NCBI GenBank assembly: GCA_040954595.2
Contig: CM082578.2
Span: forward strand, 7,177,519 to 7,241,518
Length of the DNA stretch: 64,000 nucleotides
Direction of reading: 5' to 3'
Origin: Balanoglossus misakiensis
Lineage: Eukaryota > Animalia > Hemichordata
The notes under the pieces are model-generated. The model was not told where the DNA came from. It did not search any database and worked only from the letters and a program-made list of their open reading frames with translations. The position numbers and the translations under genes were made by a program. This document shows positions 25,032-37,776 of this stretch, piece after piece; position 1 is the first letter of the stretch; each line of letters starts with the position of its first letter.

Positions 25032-28000
25032 TAATAGCAAACAGCAATCATCCACCAAGAAAGAACGAAAATGACAAATTACACCAAATATTTTTCACTG
25101 AAGCGGAAGGGGATATTGTCACGGTTGTCATATATATTCGCGCGGGCGATCCGATATTGACTACTTTGCTCCGCGCCAATTTTTGATGAAGATGGCTGTA
25201 TGCCAATAATTACCACGGTAAACTTCGTTTATTCCAACATGCCAATCGCACTTCCGGTGTAATTATTACCGTTATACAAATCTACTAGTGTGTGTCACAT
25301 GGAATCGTTTGCGTACTTCGTATCAGTGGTGTCACTCACGTCAAGATATAATTACAAAAGCGACTGACTTTTTTGTTGTATTACCTCCGCCATCTAATTT
25401 GCATATAATTGCTTTTGATGGGGTCGACCGTACGTTGAGCAAAACCGAAACGTGAGCCCCCTGCCGATGTCGAGTTTTCTTTCCACCAAAATAGGAAATT
25501 TACACGATTCATTCCAGTTGAAGTTCAATACAGAGGCTGTTGATCAAATCGCGACCAGCCAGGTTTCCTTGATTCCTGGACGCCAGGATGAGTCGGAGCG
25601 CGGAAATTGACTCGATTTGTTGTCTGTCAGAAACAATTCGTCCCTTGTGAAGCCCGAACAATTGTCTTTGCCCAGCGGTCATATTTTAATAATTCACTCA
25701 ACATGCAACTATCCTTATTAATAGATATTAAATCGTTGTCATCCCGGACTAGCTGGGCGAAATCACCGCGGCCCAGTTCAATTTGCTTCCCCCACCGAGC
25801 AGTCCCGGATTCGGTGCCCTTTGTTCGCCACGGTCGTTCGTTCACACGAGTCCCTCTGTGCGCGCCGCCTCCCTTTTCTTCTCTCCTTCACCGACAAATA
25901 ATTGATTCTTGACACCGCGAGGGATCTATTCCCTCTTCATCAGTAACACTGCGCTCATCCGCACATCCGTTGTTTTTTCACACCACCAATTCACAAATGC
26001 AAGTTCTTTTATATGAGCTCTTCAGGTTGGGCGTCATGCATCATACACACGGGAGACAGATATATATGAACAATATCCCAATTTTCTCACACAAAGCTAT
26101 AGTTTTAAATTTTCTGAGCAAGCCGCGTAGAGTGGAAATGATCTGGTGCTCCGCAGAGTATCAGAAAAAATAACCTTAGCTATTAAATATCAGAGGAAAT
26201 CCAATTCCAAATTTATCATTCTGAAATTAATGACAACATGTATAGGGCCTACAGCCAACTACGCTGATATCGCGGGGAATGGGCGATATAGAATCTATCA
26301 GAACCGTGCGCATGTGTTTTTGGTTGGTGGTTCATTGCAGAAAAAACTAAACTTCTTCCAAATGGGCATAAAGACTATTGGTTGTAATGTTTGTTTCATA
26401 AACGTTTGGCAGCGATTTTTTCTCTCCAATAAAATGCCTTTGTCAGGAGAAAACGTGACTGCCAACCAGACTCACCAACAATCACGTCGACCAAGCCAGT
26501 GGCAACACCTGTATACATGTACTATATATGGTGAAACTTACCTTGATTTTCTGAGAACTTGATGTTATCACACTCTCTTAGGCTAAATGCACATTGATTG
26601 TAATTTTATATCAGTAACATTTGCCAATTTCATTAAATTCATGGAAATGGGGGGAGGCCATCCCGTGAGTTGGCGCCAGGCGACATCGATCACGACTGAC
26701 CGACATCGGGCGGCTGCCACAACTGGGAGTCGGAAAGACGATTTACCTGGGGGTGTGTACAGTGCATGGGGGACTGCGGTGAAACTGTAGCTCGAGATCG
26801 CTGAAACTGATCCAACTCGAAGCAAACTGGGGAAGGGGAGGGGAATTCAAATCAATCACGCACGAGACCCAGAAGATTGTTATCGAAGCAAACGTCTAAC
26901 GTCTAAATAAGTACTAGATACTAGAGACGACAAACTAAGGATGAAGGGGGGGGGGGAGAGTACTCGCGGTCACAGGGAAGGACTGACTGTACTCTTGCCG
27001 TGGTCCTGAATCTCTTCTTGCGAACACATGGTTGGCATACTAGGATTCTAAAGGGCATTTATACATTGTGTTACTCGGTCGCTGCTTCTACCAGTAATTC
27101 TTGGCTGTTTTTAGCGTATCAAAGAAGAAAACTTGGTATATTAGGGTATTATAGGGGAGGGCAAGAAAATGTATTTGTTACACACAAAAAGTACTGATAC
27201 ATGTAGGTCTGATAGCCAACCGTTTGGTAGTGGTCCTTTAAAGATGGAAAGTAATTTTCATATCTTCTCTGAATAGGGTTATTTATTTATTAGCAGCGAA
27301 GTAATTTTCATAAATGGTTTTGTTCGAGTCGATTTATTTGTCATATACATCTATTATGCATGAATGCATTTTCTATGTGATAAAAATTGGTAAGGAATTG
27401 GTCAGTGTTAGAATTTGTCAATGAAAACCCGTGTTTGTCACAAGAAATACAGGTACGATCGTTAACATGCAGTAAAGATATATGCAGCAAGTACTGGTGG
27501 GGATTAAGTGATTGGTGGACAAACAAAAATAGTGATATTTTGCACAACGCCAGTTATATTGCTATATGAAGGACTTTGTTATAGTCACCAATTTTCGAAA
27601 GGAGTGGTAATCGTGATCCTGGATTCTGAATCGGACCGTACTCAGTTTACACTCAATCACTTTGTCTCTGTAATAAATATCCATTACGGAATTAATAATT
27701 GAACAATGATGTAATAATTTATATAGGCCTACGGGGTCTATGTGCACAGTTCAATTCGGTGCAAGTGCAGGAAATTATAACGTAATAATCAAAGCCCTTT
27801 ATACCAGGACTTTAATATCCACAACTGCGAACACAAAATCGAAGTTGTTGATGTTCTGTGATTGGAAAATTAGATTCGATAGCACATTGTGGAGTGACCG
27901 TAGCCAATGCTATTTGTCGTCCAAACGAAAAAGTGTTTATTGTATACAATGCACTTGTTGACGCGCTTTACTGGTATTCGAGCATAAAGGTGGTGACCTC

Positions 28001-31000
28001 ACAACATTCAACACGCACACAACAATGACAACATCAAGTTACCCAAGACGTTGCGTTCTGACGTCATCTACGTTGTTGACGATCCGTTGGGGGATACACT
28101 GAAAAGAAGAAGGGTGACGTGGGCGACTTTGTATCGTCTGCTACACAAAGGTGTTCGTCACCGTTCTTCATCAATGACGTCGGTCATGTCACACCTGTCA
28201 CAGAATTTTGGCAATAGTTCCGTTCTGACGTAACGAGTCGTGCGCAGACAGTTTGAAATTTGGGCTAGTGGTATAAAAACACGACAATTTTAATACTCCG
28301 AAGAATTTGGATTAATCATTTATGGCACATTCGAAAAAAACTACTAGTATACAGGTCTATCATTGGTTAGTGCAATGTATGCGCCGTTACTCTTGAACAA
28401 TGTGAAGGTCAGCGAGTGTCGTTGCATAGCAGTTGAAGCTTACCCCAGCTATAATACAGCCGATTTGAGGTCTTCTAAACCAAATGAAAACCTTAGCTTC
28501 GGTTGGCGGCTACCGAGAAAGCACCACTGTGAACCATGGGTGACATCAAATACGAAACTACCATAGTGTATCACCAGCGGAAAATTTCACAATTGGAATA
28601 TATCAGAGACTGATTTTGCAATTTCATAAAGGTATAGATCCGAAGTAGTTATATTTGTGCATGCATGGTCGTTTGATAGTCCGCTTGCGGCATGCATTTA
28701 CATGTAGAGAGTTGTCGGCTTCAACGTAACAATCAAAGGGAAACACATATCGCGCCAACGGTCCTCTGTGACACAAGATACGCCGAAAGGCATTGTGGAT
28801 ATCCGCGCTCTATATAGGATCATTTTTATAGGACACTTAGGAAAGAGAAGTTTATTTTCGTCACAGCAGGATGTCAACAAGACAACGATGTCGTCTGCAT
28901 CATTGATGGCAGCATAAAAAAATAAGATGTTTTCTTTGTGAGAGAAAATCTCTCAGAATATTCGGTTTGCGATCAACGCGCAGTTTTCTAGATGCCGGCT
29001 CGAAATGCGGCTCTTTTCTGTCTGGTTGTGCGTTTGGGAATACGAAACCTATTATTGGTATGTGTTAAGACCTGCAAAGCACCTCGATTCAATAAGGAAA
29101 CGAAGTTAATGCGTTCGAGCGGAATTATGGTCGTAAAGAAAATATAAACGTCGTTAAAAGGCACTAACGATTTTTATTACAATTTTGTTACATGTAATGT
29201 AATTGGTTGCCCCTTTTTCAAAGGGGGAAACGTGTCTCTCTCAAGTTTCTCGTCCGAAATTGCCCGTGCTATTGAAAAGTAGCCTGTGTATTCAGATTCT
29301 CGGTCACGGAAACAATGCCTGTGTATATACAGAGCAGGTTCAATTGTATAGACGGGGTGGGGCGGGGGCTGGTGCGTTGCCTGGACACCTGTATCCCGAC
29401 GAGGAACCAGACGATAAAGGGTAGCAGAGATTTGGAAATATATTTGACATGGATGTCGCGCCAGGGGCTGCCTGTGTTCTTGGCCTTGTCCCTTGTCATT
29501 TCGGTGTATACCATCGCAAACAACTCACCCTAGGTAACGGTGATTTATAGTGAAATATGTAGAGATACGGCTGTAGCCTTCGATGGAGCTATCTCGCCGG
29601 CTCGGTAATATACTCGCACGTTCCCCCGTTTGTCGGCTTTTGCCCCTATCCCTTTGACGAGGCCGTTATTGCTTTAGCATTCGCTTTGATCGCCCATGCA
29701 TACTTCGTTAAATGACGTTTTTATGGTACAAGGGTATCACATTTGACCGCTAAAATCTGTTATTTGCAAATTTCTGTGCTCTCTAACGGAGAGTGCTATC
29801 AAAAATTTAGCAGCTCCCTGTTAAACACAGGTGCGCTATTAACGGGCTCATCTGTAGTCTTTGGGTACACACAAACGATTGCACAATGGCAGAGCTCCGT
29901 GTGCGGTTTTTGTCTCTCGTTTGCAATAAAGTGTCGCCGTACACTTGTCGATTTTTATTTGGCCAAGTCGATCGTGACCTTTGTGCAGACTGAAAGCCCC
30001 GGATTCCCTGGTTGCTTCAAAAGCCCACGACAAATAAAAAATCAGACGGCCTCACGTATCATTCTCCGTGCACGTTTTTGTCGTCGAATTAAGTCACGTG
30101 GGCCTTGGCCGATGCTCTCGCCAAAGCGATACCACTTGCAAATCCGTGACATTTTATTTCTTTTCATTTGGATTGTGCTGGAAGCGACAGAATGGTCTGT
30201 TTGGGGCTACTCTACCAAAAATATCATCTGGAAAAAAAACGCGAATGTATAAAGCGCTCATTCAAAATTGCCACGCGCGCCGCGTCACGCAACTATCGCT
30301 CAATAGCGTTGGCGAGGGCCACCGCTTCAATCCAGAACAACGCCGTCTAGTGGTAGGAACAAGGTTTGAGGGGGAAACGTCCCTGACTGCCTTTTCTGTC
30401 CGCTTTTCCCACCTGACTTGTCAGGAGTATCTCCGTGCATCTCTCGATCAGCCCTCTCGATCGGTAGTACATTACCAGGCGGCGGGGGTAACTGATCAAA
30501 GAGTCACTTGCAGAAGCATCTGTGCTAATTTCCTGCGCGCCGTGCACTTGAATCCACAAGCATTATTCGATTCCCTTCCGAGCCTCTCGATGTTCGCATG
30601 AAATTTTCATTAAATATGCCTTTGTTATAAATTTTGCCGGCATATGCGGGGGACTATCGATTCATTTTCTCCCCTCTAATCTGTCTCTACACTGGCTGGT
30701 GGCGTTGAACAAGTATTAAACATTGCGAGGTGTTTTTTCCCCTCCTGTGTTTTAAAAATAATAAGACTTATTACTCAACCGTTTTTCTGGAACAGTTGCA
30801 GGGTTTCCCAAATTTCACCCGAAGTGTGGATTTAAGGCACGGTGTTTACATAGGTCGAGTGAGCGGCAACCGCAAACGCCCGCCTGTTAATCAGCCCTAA
30901 TATGATGCGGGGCGCAGATAACACCCGGTAGGCCCGGTCTCTGTAAAAAAAAAAAGAAGCCAGCCCAGCGACGGGGTCTGCGACGACGGGGTGCCCAATA

Positions 31001-31718
31001 AAAGCGTCTGATACTCAATACCCCTTGCCAATTACCGCGGCTAAATTAGAGGCAGCGACTTGCATGCCGAAAATTACCAGGGATTGGCCGGGGTGATGAT
31101 AGCACCCCCTTCGGAGGATAAATTTAATAAGCGGACAAAGTGACGATATATTTATATCGAGAAATAAATTACAAATATTGCATAAATTGACAAGTATTAA
31201 TACTATCACCATGGCCCAATGCTCGAAAAGAAATGTTTGGTAAAACACACGCAGCTGCTCGACCGTCCAATTAAATACCTGTTCTGCACTTGTTCTAACT
31301 TTTGGGAAACCCTATCGACTATAGACGTTGGGTAATGAGATAGGCATTGTTTATATTTTCAGAAAATGTTTACATTGTCGATCCATAAAGGTACCGCAAC
31401 ACACTACACCGCTGGTGCTGGAACCAAGGCCAAAAAGATAAGTTTACTTTTTGCTGGCCAATTCGTTGACCGACAACCCCGGCCCGTGCTGAGACCCGGT
31501 AACGATGAATGAAACCGGGTCTTCTTTTCGCGACTTTTTTTTTTTTGAAAGAGCGGTCTGACTCGGAAAATCCACGGCGCGGTGGCTGCTTGATCCCATT
31601 CTCTTTTGGGCGATGACGCAAAATCCACGCCATCGCGTACGTACCGACCCCTTCTTGATTTGCGCTGAAAAGCGATTTTGTTATTTTTTTGCGCCCATCG
31701 CAGGTTGAATATCGACGA

Positions 31719-31755
31719 TATAAAAGGGCCTTGGCTCCACGATGCCTTTGAGTGT
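31719..31755 (+). promoter_or_regulatory. Candidate PDZRN core promoter: TATA box and Inr-like site
   Basis: TATAAAAG at 31719-31726, TGAGT about 30 nt downstream (A at 31751); CpG-rich context; CCAAT at ~31458 and CRE-like TGACGCAA at ~31614. Confidence 0.55.
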
Positions 31756-32108
31756 TGTTATTGCGATCAGCTCGAGAGCGGGCATGTGAAAAAAAAACTA
31801 CAAAGTGTGCCGGCGTGGTTCCAGTGATTAGGAATCGTCCAATAGGAACTCAGTCATTAGTGACAAGTTTGTATACTGTTGACGTATGGTTATTTCCAAA
31901 GCTCTAAGCGCCGCCCCCGTTCAGTGTGCGTACTCGGACTAGCAGAGTACGCTGGTGTATTGTACAACGTAAAGCATACACATTTCATAGCAAAGATACA
32001 CAACCGTAAGCATCGCAGGGCCGCGTAGCAGATCAGAGCAAGAGTCGAGCGTAGTACACTATCATTCATGCCTAAACCCCTGAGTGTGTAACAGCCGATC
32101 GGTGCAGA

Positions 32109-32816
32109 ATGGGGTACGACTTGGATCGTTTTGTGAATCCCATCGAAGATGACCTGAAGTGCGGCGTCTGCCTCGGAGTTCTGGAGGAACCTTTGGCCAC
32201 ACCATGTGGACACGTCTTCTGCTCGTCGTGTGTCTTACCCTGGGTTGTACAGAATGGGAACTGCCCGCTGAAATGCGATCGCTTCTCTCCCAAGGAACTG
32301 AATAGCGTCCTGCCGCTGAGGAACATCATACAGAAGCTGGAAATACGCTGTGAGTACCATCACCGCGGATGCAAAGAACTGGTGAAAATCCAGAATCTCT
32401 CGCAGCACGCCGAGGACTGCGATTATTTACCTGTGCAGTGCCCGAATAAAGGGTGCCGGGTGGTGCTCGACATCAAAGACCAGTTGCAGCACGAGACACA
32501 GGCCTGCGAATACAGACCTGTGGGTCAGTGTAGAAGCGGCTGTGGGTTAATACTTTTGTGGCGAGACTTGGACGGGCACGAGTGCCTGAAGGCGCTCCAG
32601 TCGCACGTCGCCTCGCAACAGGTCAAAGTGGGCAGCTTGGAGCGCGACTTGAAGAAAATCGCTGTGAGGTACAGCAAACGCGAGAAATCTCTGCTCACAC
32701 AGATCGCAACGCTGCAGAATGAGATACAAATGCAAGCGCTCAGATACCAGAAGAAGTTGAATGAGTATAAATCACAGATCCAGTACTTGACTAAAAGGGC
32801 AAGTTGTGCGGACAAG
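32109..32816 (+). CDS. PDZRN3: PDZRN3/PDZRN4 (LNX3/4)-like E3 ubiquitin ligase, exon 1 (236 aa): C3HC4 RING, TRAF/SIAH-type zinc fingers, coiled coil
   Basis: N-terminus MGYDLDRFV..DDLKCGVCLGVLEEPLATPCGHVFCSSCVLPWVVQNGNCPLKC and KREKSLLTQIATLQ...ALRYQKKLNEY are typical of the family; donor AAG|gtaggc at 32816/32817; the ORF tail to 32990 is intron read-through. Confidence 0.95.
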
Positions 32817-33737
32817 GTAGGCTATCTGCAAGGACAAATAAACAACACGTTTGGGGCTATTGTAGACGCCGGCCAAATAATAAAAAGTGCTATAAAGATA
32901 ATAAGAATCTTGCAAGTCTGTGGAAAAATAGCACTGCCGTGGGGCAATATTTGTGTATGTGTAAAACAGGGTAAACGTACTCTTTATTAATGTTTACATC
33001 GCGAGTGATGGCTAGAGAACCAGCTTTGACTTCCTGGAGACGGCACTATCATCACAGGCTTTGCGATAGTATGTTTTCGCACGTGTGTAAACGCGCAGTT
33101 GATTAGATAAATAAATGAAAATAGTATTTTTTTCAAATGAAGGGGCAAAACAAACCGCTTATTTTTGAGCTTGGGAATAATAGGCAATATATTGTGTTGT
33201 ATACGTTGTATTTGCATTCCATGGGTTTACTTTAACACCTATTTGCCCGATCAAAACAAAAAACTGAAAAACAGTGAGTACACTGAATGCATACTAAAAA
33301 CACCCAGTCTGAACACTGCAAGGACCGGTGGCAAGTAATCATCCAGTCAGGCGTAGAGAAAAGAAAAGTGTTTTCTCTTTGCCATTCATGATGAATTGTG
33401 CCCCGACAAATTACAGTCCAACTGCTTTGTTCATGTAATGTGAGGGGTGCATGGATGTAGATCATCGCCGACGACGTCACCAAATAAACCCCGTCGGTCA
33501 ATGTGCAGTCTCTCGTCGTCGTCTTCTGCGTGAGTGGGTTCTATACCCCGTGGCGGTTTCCGCACACGCACAAAAACACGCGTTTTTGAATCTGACGCAC
33601 TTGTTATGTCGCCAAGTGATACAAATTTACGCGTCGGTTAAAGATTAAAAAACACTTGTTCTGGGTGGCTTTGAATTTATTCTGTCCGTCTCATCCCATT
33701 TTGCCCGTCTTCACCTTTTTTTTCATTCACATAGCAG

Positions 33738-33818
33738 CCTTGTGAAGAGACCAGGTTGACCGTGATACTTCAGAGGGAAAATGGAACTCTTGGTTTCAAC
33801 ATTATGGGCGGCACAAGG
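33738..33818 (+). CDS. PDZRN3: PDZRN exon 2: start of PDZ1 (PCEETRLTVILQRENGTLGFNIMGGTR); may begin at 33735
   Basis: Polypyrimidine tract and TAGCAG acceptor, AGG|gtaagt donor; phase 0/0; GLGF-like loop TLGF. Confidence 0.92.
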
Positions 33819-34671
33819 GTAAGTTTTTTACGGCGTTCGCTGAATATAGGAGCTGCACCCCCCTCCATCATTCACAAAGTTGCCGGGTGGACATTACATG
33901 TATTTGCTTCTAATGTCTTATGATAAATATAACATCGTGTTTATTTGATGTTCAAGTTGTCCTAATCAAATCTTAAATCAAACACAAAGCCCTGTATAGT
34001 GTATAGGTTTAGCATTAGTTTATTAATTTGCCGTTTCTTTCATGCTAATTATCATAAACCCTTTCTCGTCTTATATCGCATGTGCGACTCAATAAAGCAA
34101 CCACACCCCCTACATTATCAGAAATATTGGCGATCACAGTCGTTTTAGTCGTGCCATTTCTGAGAGAGAGAGAGTTTTTTTTTAAAGACGGCCAGCTGAT
34201 AGCCTTGCTCTGTGGTGCAGGCATTATTTAGCTGCATTGTTAGTGTAGGCACTTTGATGTCTTTGTCTGCGCTGAATAAGGCAGTAATGAATGAAAAGCG
34301 CCATTGTTCATTTTTCCACAAAGCTTAACTTCACCCTTCTACCCTCGGCTGTGTATGCCCGGCCGTGATGTGGCCCTGGCCACCTTTTATTACACCGTAA
34401 TTAGTGTAAAAAAGCAAGAAAAAAAGAGGAAACGAGTTTGTGATAGGTCATCAGTAAATGCCCATTGTCTTGGTAGTAGACTGAGTAATAATTTTTCTTT
34501 TGCTGCCAAAGCTCGTCAGTTCGACGATTCAGTGTGGCACACTTCCCCGTTTGACAGGGTATCACTATCACTGCAGCCCCCCCCCCTCAGCTATCGCTCA
34601 ACGATGAACGTTCTACTATTTTTTAAGATTAAATATGTATTCTCTCTGTATTTATCTTTTTTGATGATCAG

Positions 34672-34770
34672 ATTGACGGTGGACTCCCTGAAGGCATCGT
34701 GGTGTCGAGAGTAACGGAAAATGGACCGGCTGACACTGGAAATTTGAAAGTAAACGACAGGATTATTCAG
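34672..34770 (+). CDS. PDZRN3: PDZRN exon 3: middle of PDZ1 (IDGGLPEGIVVSRVTENGPADTGNLKVNDRIIQ)
   Basis: gatcag| acceptor, CAG|gtagag donor; phase 0/0; PDZ motif GPA..L.V.DRII, whose expected continuation is VNG. Confidence 0.92.
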
Positions 34771-37763
34771 GTAGAGGCCTTTCACCCGATAACCATAATC
34801 ATAATTCATATAGCGAGTAATTCACATTGAGATATGTTCACAGAGACAGCTCCAACTGATCCCATTACTTCTGACATCATACCGTCTGTAATGGGTAGTT
34901 ACGACGGTTAAAATTGTTCTTGAATTATTCATAAGTTGTGGGAAGTGGAGCTGTTGGTCTCTGTGGATGGATATATATCGGTTTTCCTGCATTGAATCTT
35001 AATGAATTTATTTTTTTTTCTGTTAAAAATTGAAGTGCAAGTTATCATGCCAAGTGAAATGTGCCTTTGGTTATACCCTGAACAGAATTGGTTTCTTTGT
35101 GTGTGAATTTCACAAATGAAATATTTTAAAAGCAGTCGGGTGTTTATGTTGAATGGAGTATGTTTATTTTGATACGAGCTGAGAGCAGTCAAGCTGAAAG
35201 AGCAACTGATCTCTTCTCGAAAATGGTAGTCTGGATTAGGGTGTTGGTTTGGCCCCTTGTTCCATTGTGGAGCTCCCCCCCCCCCTTCCCTTACAAACAC
35301 CTGATGACATGGCGGTGTTTATTCTAACACCTTCTGGGGTGGATATTGACAAACACTGAACACTCCACGTTAGTAAGTTGAAGTTGGGTCAAAGGCCTCT
35401 TCAGATCTGTAAACTGAGTGGCCGGGCTCTCCCCCTCGCCGCTTTTGTGGGGGAGTCACTACGTTCATTACTTCTTTTCATGAGGCATAACAAGTTAAAT
35501 AGCGACAGGTTGAGATGGCTAACAATACTGGCCCTGTGCCTGGGATATTCAATTTAGTTTCCCCCCCACTTCAGATGCAACAGTGAATTGCAATCAGAGA
35601 GAAACTGTACTCATAGCACGGTCCTGTTCACCTGGTGTACCTTGCAATTATATCCCCCCTAATAAAAATTCAAATGACTTCCTCCCTTTTTTTTGGCATG
35701 CTGACAGGGGGTGTGTCCCCTTCTCCTACGTTTCAGGGGTTGCAGATGTTCCAAAACATGTTTTTCTTTGAGGAAATTTTGTTTTGGACTCGTAAGGACC
35801 CGCAAATATGTGAACTTTGCCAGATTCGGTAATTGAATATTTGTGTCTCTGTGAATCAACATTGAAAGCTACAGTGCAGATGGAGTTGAATTTCAGGCGT
35901 AATACTATCGGTAGATGCTTGTTAGTGTGTGCCACGCACCACTGAGAGCTTTCTGCCGCGACTCGAGTCCCCGCCTTATAGTGAGTGAGAGCGCGGTTTG
36001 AGAACTTCCAAATGTGTATTACTGACACCCAGGCACCCTGCCAAAATGCCCTCTAAGTGATGTAGTATGGCCCGGAAAGGCGGTCTCAAATTTGCACTCT
36101 CATTTGGGAGCTGCTGCCGTGCTCTGGAAGCAATCGCAAGAACCGGAAAAAAAGCATCCAGGGTGCCAGCAGGTAGCCGAATGGCAGAGTCTTGTGCGGT
36201 GAAAGTTTTTGCGCCACTTGTTTGTCATCAGGCCCCAGTCCGCAATTCTTGTTTGCCGCTAACTTCTACGTCACCTGGGCCTGCATCGAAATAAAAGAAA
36301 AAAAATACCAGTCGCTGTGAAAAACAAGCATTTCTCGGTGTAGTAAACAGGAAGCCGTAATTGCAGTGATGACAAGTGAAAATTCAAAAAAACACTCACC
36401 TACTATCCCAGGTGTGACTGCTCATGAGAGCATTCTTTTAGTTTGCGTCACTTTCACCAAAGAAAACACAAACAAGAAAGAAAAAAACAACTACTAAAAT
36501 AGCCTGTGATGTCACAATAAAAAAAAAATTATTTTGTTCGAACAAGGGAGGTTTTTGTCTGTGGAGACTTCAGAAAACTTGATCTGAAATGAGGCAATAG
36601 AGGAAGAATAGGAGGCAAGTTCTCAAGAGGTCATAATATTGAGAGCCTTTAAACAATTACACGAAAGCTATGGAGCCAGTATGTTGTTAGTAAGTGATCG
36701 CCAGTGTATTATGTATGACTGGAGGCCACGAAGTCAGACTGACTCATTAATTTCAAGTTAATGATATAGACTGTAAGCTAGGGAAAGCAGATATTTAGCC
36801 ATTGGTCTAATTACTGTGTTACTTCGCTGCCACTGTGTCTATGCCTGTCGAACTGGGCCAGGCATGCTGCGTTGAGTTCTTTTTTTTCTTTTGAGGACCG
36901 AGAGTGGATGGCGGCTTGTTTTTTGTACCCTTGTAGATGAAGTTGCGTCTCAAGGCAAATCCTCTTTAGAGAGAGAGAGAGAGAGAGAGATGGGGGGGGG
37001 GGGGGGGGGGGAGAAAGAGTAAAAAAAATATCTGTGAAATGGCGGTGTTCTGTCATGTAGATGAGTCCGACTGATATCGTATGCTAATGATTTCCCTTGC
37101 AACATCCTGTGGTGACTGCGTCAATATTCCAGTGTTATCGTACCCTAGGAGGGACTTTGCCAAAATAGTGCCCTCAGTGGATTGGGCTTTTGAAGTTCGC
37201 CGCTGATCAGCTCCGACAAAACACGGGGCTGCATGTGCTCCTGTTGGCTTCCATTCACGCGCACACAATGTATTCCATGTCTGCTTATTGTTTTTCCGGC
37301 ACGGGGAAACCTCATTGTGTCAGCTTGAATAGTGAGTTGGCGCATGCAGAGAACACTCTTAAAAAGATACAGTACTGTTCGGGGTAGATCCATGAGCAGG
37401 TCCATGCTTTAGAGGGGCGTACAGTTAACGGTTCATGTTTGTTGTTTCTATATTAAATGTACATTCCTCCAAACGAGGAGCACCGTGTTATTGTTTTGGG
37501 GTGATAACACCTTGAAAGATATAATTCCCATCAATATTTCCCCGACACGTACACTCTCTGTGTACTAGTGCATTCATGCAGCAATAACTCCCAACAATCA
37601 TTGCAGCATTTGCTCTCAAACGGTTCCATTTACCAGGAATGATGTCCCACTGACTGCCGCAGCCAATTCACTGAGCCCTAGCCCCAGCACAACACAATGT
37701 GAACCAGAATTTATGACAGATAAGAGGAGAGTGTATGTTCCTTATAACTGGCATTGTGTCTGC

Positions 37764-37776
37764 AGGTCAAAGGTCA
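37764..37776 (+). promoter_or_regulatory. Perfect DR1 nuclear-receptor element AGGTCA-A-AGGTCA
   Basis: Exact consensus match; function untested. Confidence 0.45.

Noticed and set aside
29743-30601. 169-aa and 177-aa ORFs upstream of PDZRN
   Set aside because: No domain similarity; consistent with chance ORFs in GC-richer regulatory DNA.
32817-32990. C-terminal 57 aa of the 293-aa ORF
   Set aside because: Intron read-through; family similarity stops at the AAG|gtaggc donor and resumes in frame at 33738.
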